64,000 nucleotides of DNA from the NCBI GenBank assembly GCA_900316305.1, contig ONCM01000001.1, positions 3,380-67,379 on the forward strand, given 5' to 3'. The notes under the pieces are model-generated. The model searched no databases, had not been told where the DNA came from, and saw only the letters and a program-made list of their open reading frames with translations. A program made the position numbers and the translations under genes. Each line of letters begins with the position of its first letter. Positions within the stretch are counted from its first letter, which is position 1. Source of the DNA: an uncultured Bacteroidales bacterium (GTDB lineage: Bacteria; Bacteroidota; Bacteroidia; Bacteroidales; WCHB1-69). Shown in pieces: positions 9,050 through 17,342 of the stretch.

Positions 9050-10927
9050 ATGAACAAACGTTCTTTTTCCAGTAGCCTGAGTTGGCGGATTATCGGTATT
9101 GTGTCGACGATTTTTTTCATCGCCATGGTGGTGATTGCTATCGTTTCGCACCAAATCATCGCAGATGAAGCGACCCGTTCCACCCAACACATCCTACACG
9201 GAACCATCAGCGAATTGGAAAAGCCCTTGAACACGGTCGAAGTCACCACCAAATCCATAGCGGCATATATATCCACCCTTCAGGCTCAACCCAAAGTACT
9301 TCAGGCCATTTCTGACCGCACGGTGGAAGTCAGCGAACTGATAAACGGATTCGCTATTCTGTTTGTCCTTCCCGATGGGAGTATTGACACTCTTCGTCCT
9401 GCCATTTTCAGTTCCTACGTCAATGACAGTGTTCACGAATTCCATCCCGACAGCCAACAACTACAGCTGTTGGCTGCCTCTTGGAATCTAGAACATATAC
9501 TAAAAACGAAGATGGCTTCTTGGACCGCCCCTTACAGGCCTCTCGATTCGCGTTCTTCACGAATCGTCTCCTACTGTTATCCTTTGGTGGACGCTAAGCT
9601 CAACGTCTATGCTGTCGTGATATCCGATATGTTTATTGACCAAATTGAGAGCACGGTGGAGGGTCTCCGCCCCTACGACAACTCCATTGCCACCCTTATA
9701 TTCAACAAGGACAACATCATAGGCATCAAGAGTTCCGACTCAGACCTGATCAACCGATACAAACACAGTTTTTCAGGAAACAGTTCCTTCCAGGAAGTGG
9801 TGGAAGATCTCAAATCGAACAAAGACAGCCTGCACCGCCGCGTGGGAAAAGGGCGCGAGATAGCATTTGTGGTGTATGGTCCCCTGCACAACGGTTGGAA
9901 ACTTAGCATCACCTGCCCTTACAAAGAGGTACTTCGCCGTTCCACGCAAATGCATATTGCCCTGCTGATTATCGGCATCTTCGGTTTGACCATCATTTTC
10001 TTCGTCTGTCGTCACGTGATACGCCGGATGACACGTCCCATCACCGAGCTTTCGGTATCCGCCCTCAACATGGCCAAGGGCAACTTCAAGGCCAAGTTGC
10101 CGGAAATCAAAAGCCAGGACGAGATGCGGCGTCTGCACGACAGTTTCTTCTACATGCAGAACTCCATCACCGACTACATCGACCAGTTGAAGACCACCAA
10201 GAACGAAAACGAGCGCATGGAGTCGGAGCTGAACGTGGCGCGCAAGATCCAGTCGGGTATGCTGAGTACCGAATTCCCGCCGCATCTCCATGCCATGGTC
10301 TCCCCTGCCCGCGAGGTGGGCGGCGACCTCTACGACTTCATCCTCAAGGGCGACTGCCTCCACTTCGCTGTCGGCGATGTGAGCGGCAAAGGCGTTCCTG
10401 CCTCCATCATGATGGCTATCACGAGGGCCACGCTGCATTTCATGGCGGGTCTGGGCCTGCCGTTGCACGAGTCGATTGGGAAAATCAACAACAGCGTGGC
10501 CGACGGCAACAGCAACGACATGTTCGTCACCCTCTTCATCGCCCGCATCGACCTGAAGACGCTGCGGATGGATTTCTGCAATGCCGGACACAACCCGCTG
10601 GTCGTTGTGCCGCCCGACGGAAAACCCTACTTTCTCAAGGCCAAGAGCAACCTCGCTGTGGGTCTCTTCGAGAACTTCCCTTACGAGACCGAGAGCATAG
10701 ACCTACAGCCCGGCACCCGTCTCGTAGCTTATACTGACGGCGTCACCGAGGCCGAGAATGCCGCAATGGAGCAGTATGGCAACGAGCGCCTGCTGGAGGA
10801 AGTCGGCAAAATGGGCCACGACATGGACAACAAAACCGCCGTGGATCAACTTTACCGCTCAGTGCTGGATTTCACCAACGGCAACCCGCAAAACGACGAC
10901 ATCACCATCATAAGTTTAACAGTCTAA
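9050..10927 (+). CDS. membrane sensor PP2C phosphatase (SpoIIE/RsbU-like) with extracytoplasmic domain and HAMP
   Basis: Two TM segments flank a ~265-aa external domain. A HAMP-like linker (RPITELSVSALNMAKGNFKAKLPEI) follows. PP2C/SpoIIE motifs are VGGDLYDF, AVGDVSGKGVPAS, YTDGVTEA and NDDITII. Confidence 0.85.
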   Translation: MNKRSFSSSLSWRIIGIVSTIFFIAMVVIAIVSHQIIADEATRSTQHILHGTISELEKPLNTVEVTTKSIAAYISTLQAQPKVLQAISDRTVEVSELINGFAILFVLPDGSIDTLRPAIFSSYVNDSVHEFHPDSQQLQLLAASWNLEHILKTKMASWTAPYRPLDSRSSRIVSYCYPLVDAKLNVYAVVISDMFIDQIESTVEGLRPYDNSIATLIFNKDNIIGIKSSDSDLINRYKHSFSGNSSFQEVVEDLKSNKDSLHRRVGKGREIAFVVYGPLHNGWKLSITCPYKEVLRRSTQMHIALLIIGIFGLTIIFFVCRHVIRRMTRPITELSVSALNMAKGNFKAKLPEIKSQDEMRRLHDSFFYMQNSITDYIDQLKTTKNENERMESELNVARKIQSGMLSTEFPPHLHAMVSPAREVGGDLYDFILKGDCLHFAVGDVSGKGVPASIMMAITRATLHFMAGLGLPLHESIGKINNSVADGNSNDMFVTLFIARIDLKTLRMDFCNAGHNPLVVVPPDGKPYFLKAKSNLAVGLFENFPYETESIDLQPGTRLVAYTDGVTEAENAAMEQYGNERLLEEVGKMGHDMDNKTAVDQLYRSVLDFTNGNPQNDDITIISLTV

Positions 10928-10982
10928 CAACACGAAATAATCAACACGAAGTCACCAATACGAAGTATATAAGAATATAAAT

Positions 10983-11390
10983 ATGAAGAAACGTTTCAAC
11001 CCCATTAAAGACAAGAGCAGCGAGATCATAGAATATCTTATGTCGTCACCCGACATTCCGGACGACGATGAGCTGCAATTCAAACTCCGCCTTTCCATTG
11101 AAGAGGCCGTCGAGAACGTGGTCAGCTATGCTTACGACGGCGGTATCGGCTGGTTAGAAGCCGACATCCATTTCGACGAGGACGCACTGCTGCTCTCCAT
11201 CGAGCTCCGCGACGCCGGCATGCCTTTCAATCCCCTTGAAAAAGAAGACCCCGACGTGAACCAGAGTGCCGAAGAACGCGAAGTGGGCGGCCTCGGCATC
11301 TTCCTCTGCAAGAAGATGATGGACAGCATCAAATACCGCTATGAGGACGGCAACAATGTGCTCACCATGACGAAGAAAGTTAATAGTTAA
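10983..11390 (+). CDS. RsbW/SpoIIAB-like anti-sigma-type Ser kinase (HATPase_c_2)
   Basis: 135 aa with N-box-like EEAVENVVSYAY and G-box REVGGLGIFL. It sits next to a STAS protein gene. Confidence 0.8.
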   Translation: MKKRFNPIKDKSSEIIEYLMSSPDIPDDDELQFKLRLSIEEAVENVVSYAYDGGIGWLEADIHFDEDALLLSIELRDAGMPFNPLEKEDPDVNQSAEEREVGGLGIFLCKKMMDSIKYRYEDGNNVLTMTKKVNS

Positions 11391-11425
11391 AAGGCATTAG
11401 ACATCTGATATTTAGACAATCAATT

Positions 11426-11728
11426 ATGGATATAAAGATAACTAAAGAGGACAACAAAACCTTCGTAGCGATTGACGGGCGCATTGACACCACCACCGTG
11501 AACCAGTTTCAGGAGGCGGCCAACGAGCTGATGGGGGACGAACATCCTGACATCGACATCGACTGCACGGCATTGAGCTACACCTCGTCTCAGGGGCTCC
11601 GCACCTTCCTCATGTTACAGAAAAGCGTTATGAAGCATGGTGGCAAGCTGGTACTTCGCAACATGAACCCTCAGGTGAAGGAGGTGTTCGACATCACCGG
11701 CTTCTCGAACATCATCACCATTATTTAG
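11426..11728 (+). CDS. STAS-domain anti-sigma-factor antagonist (RsbV/SpoIIAA-like)
   Basis: 100 aa with the conserved phosphorylatable serine context LSYTSSQGLRTFL and C-terminal VFDITGF. Confidence 0.85.
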   Translation: MDIKITKEDNKTFVAIDGRIDTTTVNQFQEAANELMGDEHPDIDIDCTALSYTSSQGLRTFLMLQKSVMKHGGKLVLRNMNPQVKEVFDITGFSNIITII

Positions 11729-11831
11729 TCAGCAGTTTGTAGTCAGGAGTTAGCCGTTAATGGGGTTATACGAAATGTATTTGGATTCACCACATTGACC
11801 ATTGGCGGCTAACTGTATAACCGTTAAACGA

Positions 11832-12803
11832 ATGAAATACATCTACATTACCAATGGTCGGGCCGACAAGGTGCCGCAATATCAGGAGCTCTACGGCCAG
11901 TTGAAGGAGACACCGCACCCGCACGAGGTTTACACCACCTTGGGCGAGGGCGACGCGACGCGTTTCGTGCGGCTTTACTGCGATCTGCACCCCGAGGAGG
12001 AGGTCTGTTTCGTGGCCTGTGGCGGAAACGGCGTCATCATCGAGGTGGCCACGGGTTTGGTGGGATATTCAGAATATCTGGCGTCGTATTCTCAAAAGGC
12101 TACCGCCTTCAATTCTGAATCCAAGAAACAAAAATCGAAATTCACCATGGCCATTCTTTACATCGGTGGCACCACGAAAGATTTCTTAATCAACTTTCCG
12201 GGACGCAACTTCTTCAGTGTAAAGGAGATGTTGGCGGGCACCGTGACTCCCGTGGATATCATCCGGGTGAACGACAGCTACTCCCTGAACGTGTGCAACA
12301 TCGGATTCAACTCGAAGGTGGCCTCCCGAGCCAACGAGCTCGTCGCCAAGGGGAAGACAGCCCACGAGGCCTACACGCGGGGCGTGGTGAACGCCATCCT
12401 GACAAGCCGCTTCAACCGCATCAAGATAACAGTGGATGGCGAGCGTATCACCCGAGGCCACATGGTGCTATGCACCCTCGCCAACGGGCGGCGCGTGGGC
12501 GGCGAATTCAACTGCGCACCCAATGCGAAAATCGATGACGGCCTCATCGACGTGTGCCTCTTCCGCAGCATGAGCCTGTTGCGACTCCTGATGCTGATCC
12601 CCCTCTACCGCAGTGGCGAACACATCGGCAGCAGACTGGGCAAGAACAAAATCATATACCGGCAGGCCCGCGAGGTGGAAGTCAGCAGCAAGGACCTCAT
12701 CGACGTTTATCTCGACGGCGAGCTTCTCACCGGTTCCCGCTTCGAAGTCAAGATTCTGCCGGGAGCCGTTCCGTTACGACTACCACCAGTCAACGGTCAA
12801 TAG
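11832..12803 (+). CDS. diacylglycerol-kinase-fold lipid kinase-like protein (YegS/BmrU family) with a variant nucleotide motif
   Basis: Layout resembles DAGK_cat: MKYIYITNGRADK...VACGGNGVIIEV (canonical GGDGT). The ATG at 11832 is preferred over the upstream TTG at 11802. Confidence 0.65.
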   Translation: MKYIYITNGRADKVPQYQELYGQLKETPHPHEVYTTLGEGDATRFVRLYCDLHPEEEVCFVACGGNGVIIEVATGLVGYSEYLASYSQKATAFNSESKKQKSKFTMAILYIGGTTKDFLINFPGRNFFSVKEMLAGTVTPVDIIRVNDSYSLNVCNIGFNSKVASRANELVAKGKTAHEAYTRGVVNAILTSRFNRIKITVDGERITRGHMVLCTLANGRRVGGEFNCAPNAKIDDGLIDVCLFRSMSLLRLLMLIPLYRSGEHIGSRLGKNKIIYRQAREVEVSSKDLIDVYLDGELLTGSRFEVKILPGAVPLRLPPVNGQ

Positions 12804-12837
12804 TCAATAGTCAAAGGTCAATGGTCAAAGGTCAGAG
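12789..12837. repeat. heptamer array GTCAANR x7
   Basis: gtcaacg gtcaata gtcaata gtcaaag gtcaatg gtcaaag gtcagag. It includes the stop of 11832..12803. Confidence 0.9.
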
Positions 12838-12840
12838 AAT

Positions 12841-13920
12841 ATGAAACTGGACATGCATTGTGAGATGATTCTCGACGAGTATCGTGAGAAACTCCCTCTT
12901 TTCGAGAAGCTCCGTTCTATCGCGATGGAACGGATAGAGCATTGTCTCAACGAGAACAAGATTGTGGTGGCGAGCATCAATTCCCGCATCAAGACCGAGG
13001 AAAGCCTTACTGGAAAGCTGGAACTGAAGGGCTACAAATACCGCACGTTGGATGACATCACCGATATTGTCGGCATCCGCGTCGTCACTTTCTTCAGCGA
13101 CGAAGTGGACGTCATCTCCGCCCTCGCCGAGCAGTTGTTCGAAATCGACTGGGAAAACACCGTCGACAAGCGCAAGATGATGGAGATAGACCGTTTCGGA
13201 TACATGTCGCTGCACTATATTTGCCGGCTGCCCCAAAAAATCTGCGATGACCCCGCGATGCCGGAGCTCAACGAGGTGCGTTTCGAACTCCAGATGCGCA
13301 GTGTCCTGCAGCATGTGTGGGCCAATATGTACCACGACATGGGCTACAAGACCGATGTCGAGATTCCGCGCGAATACCAGCGAAACATGAGCCGTCTGGC
13401 GGGAATGCTGGAGCTGGCCGACGAACAGTTCAGCAACATCCGTAAGGACATCACCGAATACCGCCGCAAGGTGCAGTCACTTGTGGCCGACGGCAATTTC
13501 GACGAAGTGCCTTTCAACGGCGACACTTTCCGCTCCTTCATCGCCCTCAACCCCTTCGAGCGGCTCGTCAACAAAATGGCCGCCATCAACCAAGCCGAGG
13601 TTTACGAGGACAGTCTGATGCCCTACTACAACGTGCTTCGACTGTTAAACATGCAGACTATCGGCGATGTCGTTCGAATGAGGGATGACTACAGCGAAAG
13701 CGCCTATCAGCTGGCGCTTATGCAACTGGCCGGCACCGGGCTCGACATTCTGGCCAGTTCCGTGGCGTTGCAGAACCTTTGCATCGTCTATATCCTGAAA
13801 AAAGGCTTCGGCGTGGCCGGCCTCGTCAAAATGTTCGACACCCTCTACGGCAAAAACGACTACAACGCCCAACGCGCCGATCGTATCTTTGAGCAGGCGA
13901 AGAAGGTGAATATTATTTGA
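12841..13920 (+). CDS. RelA/SpoT-domain small alarmone synthetase (GTP pyrophosphokinase-like), 359 aa
   Basis: Synthetase-fold motifs are present: INSRIKTEESL..KL, DITDIVGIRVV, GYMSLHYI, FELQMRSVLQHVWANMYHDMGYK. Confidence 0.85.
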   Translation: MKLDMHCEMILDEYREKLPLFEKLRSIAMERIEHCLNENKIVVASINSRIKTEESLTGKLELKGYKYRTLDDITDIVGIRVVTFFSDEVDVISALAEQLFEIDWENTVDKRKMMEIDRFGYMSLHYICRLPQKICDDPAMPELNEVRFELQMRSVLQHVWANMYHDMGYKTDVEIPREYQRNMSRLAGMLELADEQFSNIRKDITEYRRKVQSLVADGNFDEVPFNGDTFRSFIALNPFERLVNKMAAINQAEVYEDSLMPYYNVLRLLNMQTIGDVVRMRDDYSESAYQLALMQLAGTGLDILASSVALQNLCIVYILKKGFGVAGLVKMFDTLYGKNDYNAQRADRIFEQAKKVNII

Positions 13921-13930
13921 GGCGAGGAGG

Positions 13931-14040
13931 GGACGATGAAAGGCGATGAAAAACGATGAAGGACGATGAAAAACGATGAAGGACGATGAAAAACGATGAA
14001 GGACGATGAAGGACGATGAAAAACGATGAAGGACGATGAT
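13931..14040. repeat. 10-bp tandem array (RRACGATGAA) x11
   Basis: ggacgatgaa / aaacgatgaa units in unbroken register, with an A-tract in every other unit or so. Confidence 0.95.
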
Positions 14041-14056
14041 AAGATGATGTGACGAT

Positions 14057-14105
14057 TTGGAACCTGGAACTTGGATCTTGTAACTTTGACATCCCGAAAC
14101 TTGAA
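14057..14105. repeat. heptamer array TTGGAAC-like x7 (degenerating)
   Basis: ttggaac ctggaac ttggatc ttgtaac tttgaca tcccgaa acttgaa. Confidence 0.8.
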
Positions 14106-14115
14106 ACCATATAGT

Positions 14116-14688
14116 ATGATTAATACAGACCTTTTTGACCGGGCGGCGAAGTTCGCCATTGACGCCCATGCCGGTACACCGCGTAAAGGCAAGGGTTATC
14201 CCTTTATCCTCCATCCCATGGAGGCGGTGTGCATCGTGGCCGCCCTCACCGACGACCCCGAGCTGCTTGCCGCTGCCATTCTGCATGACACAGTGGAGGA
14301 CACGGATGTGACAGCCGAACAAATCCGCGAACAGTTCGGCGAACGGGTCACCAGACTCGTACTCAATGAGAGTTGTCCCCTCCCCAAAGGAGCCCCGTGG
14401 CACGACCGTAAGCAGGCGCAGCTGGACCAGCTTGCCAATGCGCCCCACGACAGTAAAATCGTGGCCATGGGCGACAAACTATCCAACCTCCGCACAATTT
14501 CCGCCGACTACCGTCAAATCGGCGACGCCCTATGGCAACGGTTCAAAGCGCCCAACGGCAAGGAGGATGTGGCTTGGTATTACCACCAGCTGGCCGAAGC
14601 CTTATCCGATTTAGCGGGCACAGCCCCCTACGAGGAATACCTGCATCTGCTTGACATCACCTTCGGCCCGGCCAAGAAATCCTGTTAG
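14116..14688 (+). CDS. HD-domain (p)ppGpp hydrolase-like protein (small alarmone hydrolase)
   Basis: The motif HPMEAVCIVA...LLAAAILHDTVEDT is the HD motif of SpoT/Mesh1-type hydrolases. The ATG at 14116 is preferred over the track start at 14071. Confidence 0.8.
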   Translation: MINTDLFDRAAKFAIDAHAGTPRKGKGYPFILHPMEAVCIVAALTDDPELLAAAILHDTVEDTDVTAEQIREQFGERVTRLVLNESCPLPKGAPWHDRKQAQLDQLANAPHDSKIVAMGDKLSNLRTISADYRQIGDALWQRFKAPNGKEDVAWYYHQLAEALSDLAGTAPYEEYLHLLDITFGPAKKSC

Positions 14689-14699
14689 CCCTTCCCTGT

Positions 14700-16181
14700 A
14701 TGAAACGGTTGTTTTATCTTCTTTGTATCACGCTCTGTCTGGTTTCCTGCAGCAAAAAACAGGAAACAAAGGACACGGATGAGCAAGAAATCCGGACGGA
14801 AAAGGATTTGGAAGGCAAAGTGGTCGGCACGCTGACCGGCACATGCTTCGAAATCGACTTTGCCGGACGCAGCGATTTCCGGTTAGTACGCCAGCCAACG
14901 CTCTCCGACCTTATCGCCTCGCTTCGCAAAGGCCGCATTGACGCCATCCTGTATGACGAAATCAGCCTGCCGGACACCCTGCTCCACAAGAACGGCATCA
15001 AAATGGCCTTCAGGACAGAGAAAAGTTACCCATGCGCATTCGCCTGCACCAAGTTGAATCAGGATTTGGTAAACAAATTCAATGAATTTCTTGCCAGGCT
15101 GAAGTCTTCCGGTGAATTGAGAGACATCACCGACAGGTGGATGAACGCCACCGACTATACGCACATGGAAATGCCCGATATCCAGAACGACAGTCTTGTT
15201 GGCGAGCCATTGGTCGTGGGCACCTCCTACACCACTGCTCCCATCTCCTACATGATTGGTAACGAATGGTACGGCCTTGAAATAGAGATACTTAACCGTT
15301 TCGGCGAATACATAGGGAGACCTGTCCAATACCGACTTTTCGACTTCGCCGCCATTATTCCGGCCCTGCAGTCTGGGAATATCGATATGGCCGGAGGAGT
15401 CATCTTCGTAACAGAAGAGCGTCAAAGAAAATTGGCGCTCACCGACGTGTATTACCACTGTCACGGCGGATTTTTCGTACGAGACTTGTCCGCCAAAACA
15501 GAAGACGAGGCTCCTGATTTCTCCAATTTCAAGGAGTCCTTCAACAAAAACCTGATAGTCGAGAATCGTTGGGTTTTCCTGGCACGAGGGTTGAAAGTGA
15601 CGCTGGAGATCACCCTGCTCTCCATGCTCTTCGGCAGCATACTCGGCATCGGGCTGTTAGCCATGCGGAGAAGCCAACGAAGCTGGCTCAACAAAACAGC
15701 AAAGATATATTCATCAATCCTCCGCGGCATCCCTATGGTGGTTTTGTTGATGATTCTGTTTTACATCGTGTTGATCGGATTCAGCGGCGTCGGGGTGGCC
15801 GTGGTGGCCTTCTCCATGACCTTCGCATCCTCTTTCGCGGCCACAATGGACAACGCCATCCTGGCTGTTGGCAATCAGCAACACGAGGCGGGAGAGGCCA
15901 TGGGCTTCACCGAAATCCAGATTTTCCGCTACATCACCGGGCCGCAGGCACTCAAACGCGCCCTCCCACAGTTTAAGGGCGAGGCGATTGCGCTTATCAA
16001 AAACACTTCCGTGGTAGGATATGTCGCTATCCAAGACCTCACCCGCGCCTGCGACATGATCCGCGCCCGCACCTTCGAGGCATTCTTCCCACTCCTTTTC
16101 ATCACCATCATCTATTTCATCCTGGCCTGGCTCATGAGCAAGTTCCTGGACTACATCTTCAAAATCGCCATCAAGATATGA
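14700..16181 (+). CDS. lipid-anchored substrate-binding domain fused to polar-amino-acid ABC permease
   Basis: Lipobox LVSC; SBP motifs (GKVVGTLTGT, GVIFVTEERQRK); permease EAA loop EAGEAMGFTEIQIFRYITGPQ. Its stop overlaps the ATPase start (ATGA). Confidence 0.85.
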   Translation: MKRLFYLLCITLCLVSCSKKQETKDTDEQEIRTEKDLEGKVVGTLTGTCFEIDFAGRSDFRLVRQPTLSDLIASLRKGRIDAILYDEISLPDTLLHKNGIKMAFRTEKSYPCAFACTKLNQDLVNKFNEFLARLKSSGELRDITDRWMNATDYTHMEMPDIQNDSLVGEPLVVGTSYTTAPISYMIGNEWYGLEIEILNRFGEYIGRPVQYRLFDFAAIIPALQSGNIDMAGGVIFVTEERQRKLALTDVYYHCHGGFFVRDLSAKTEDEAPDFSNFKESFNKNLIVENRWVFLARGLKVTLEITLLSMLFGSILGIGLLAMRRSQRSWLNKTAKIYSSILRGIPMVVLLMILFYIVLIGFSGVGVAVVAFSMTFASSFAATMDNAILAVGNQQHEAGEAMGFTEIQIFRYITGPQALKRALPQFKGEAIALIKNTSVVGYVAIQDLTRACDMIRARTFEAFFPLLFITIIYFILAWLMSKFLDYIFKIAIKI

Positions 16182-17266
16182 TCAGCATAAAACATCTTTC
16201 CAAAACATACGTCAATCCTGACGGCAGCCAGTTGGAGGTACTGAAGGATGTCAGCTGCGAAATCCACAAAGGAGAGGTAATCAGCATCATCGGTCCGTCG
16301 GGCAATGGCAAGAGCACCCTGTTGCGGACCATCAACTTGATGACCAAGCCCACCTCCGGCGAAATCTTCTTCGAAGGGGAGAACATCCTCGCCCAAGACT
16401 ACCCCATCAACAAGCTGCGGCAGCGGATGGGGATGGTGTTCCAGACATTCAACCTGTTCGAGCATCTCACGGTGCTGGAGAATGTCACGCTGGCACCCAT
16501 GAAGTTGAAAGGTGTCGAACAAGCGGAAGCGGAAAAGGAAGCCATGACCCTCCTCCACAAGGTGGGCATGGACGAGAAATGCAACGCGATGCCCGCCGAC
16601 CTCGCCGGCGGACAGAAACAGCGGGTCGCGATAGCCCGCGCCTTGGCCATGCATCCGGAAGTCATACTCTTCGACGAGCCGTTGTCCGCCCTCGACCCCT
16701 CTATGGTCGGCGAGGTGCTCACGGTCATCCGGCAGTTAGCCAAAGAAGGCATGACCATGCTCTTCGTCACCCACAAGCTCAAGTTCGCCCGCGATGTAAG
16801 CACCCGCATCTTCTTCATGTACGACAAAGGCATCCACGAGGACGGCACCCCGCAGCAGATTTTCGAGAACCCCATCCACAGTGCCACCAAAGCTTTCGTG
16901 CAACAGATTTACAAACTGCCGTTCGTCGTTGAAGGTCTGGACTTTGACATCGTGGAGATGCACTCCCAGATGCTGGGGTTCTGTATCAAATACAACATCG
17001 CGGACAAAATTGAAACCATGCAGCAAATTATCAACCTGATGGTGTTGCTTGTGCTGGCCGAGTACCGTCCGCTCACGGTGCGAATCTCCTACATCGAGCT
17101 GTATGAGCGCACCACGATAGACTTCATGATCGAAGGGTTGGAGACCTCCCCGTTGCAAACCGATGACTTCGACCCGCATCTGATGGACGAGGTCCGCACC
17201 CTCGCCAAGGAGATTATCGAGGAACCCACGAAGCGAGGATACCGGATAAAGGTGGTGCTACCCTGA
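16178..17266 (+). CDS. polar-amino-acid ABC ATPase with ~115-aa C-terminal extension
   Basis: GPSGNGKST, LAGGQKQRV, ILFDEPLSALD and VTHKL, followed by a conserved tail F.CIKYNI...YRPLTVR...EEPTKRGYRIK. Confidence 0.88.
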   Translation: MISIKHLSKTYVNPDGSQLEVLKDVSCEIHKGEVISIIGPSGNGKSTLLRTINLMTKPTSGEIFFEGENILAQDYPINKLRQRMGMVFQTFNLFEHLTVLENVTLAPMKLKGVEQAEAEKEAMTLLHKVGMDEKCNAMPADLAGGQKQRVAIARALAMHPEVILFDEPLSALDPSMVGEVLTVIRQLAKEGMTMLFVTHKLKFARDVSTRIFFMYDKGIHEDGTPQQIFENPIHSATKAFVQQIYKLPFVVEGLDFDIVEMHSQMLGFCIKYNIADKIETMQQIINLMVLLVLAEYRPLTVRISYIELYERTTIDFMIEGLETSPLQTDDFDPHLMDEVRTLAKEIIEEPTKRGYRIKVVLP

Positions 17267-17297
17267 AACTTGGAACTTGGAACCTGAAACTTAAAAT
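17263..17297. repeat. heptamer array CTGAAAC/TTGGAAC x5
   Basis: ctgaaac ttggaac ttggaac ctgaaac ttaaaat. The first unit holds the TGA stop of 16178..17266. Confidence 0.9.
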
Positions 17298-17317
17298 AAA
17301 CCATAACCCTAAAATTG

Positions 17318-17325
17318 TACATTTG
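17318..17325 (+). promoter_or_regulatory. -7 box TACATTTG for the third ABC importer
   Basis: Lies 18 nt upstream of ATG 17343. Confidence 0.4.
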
Positions 17326-17342
17326 CAACCAAAATTGATAGT

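Noticed and set aside
11726-11770. A degenerate 14-bp repeat (tagtcagcagtttg / tagtcaggagttag) between the STAS gene and the lipid-kinase-like gene.
   Set aside because: There are only two imperfect units. It is probably a decayed member of the heptamer families and is too weak to list as a feature.
13645-14448. Minus-strand ORFs encoding reiterated SSFIVFHRP peptides (also 13860..14192 and 13913..14110).
   Set aside because: They are simply translations of the 10-bp tandem array and the antisense of the HD hydrolase gene, with no start context. A repeat protein is very unlikely.
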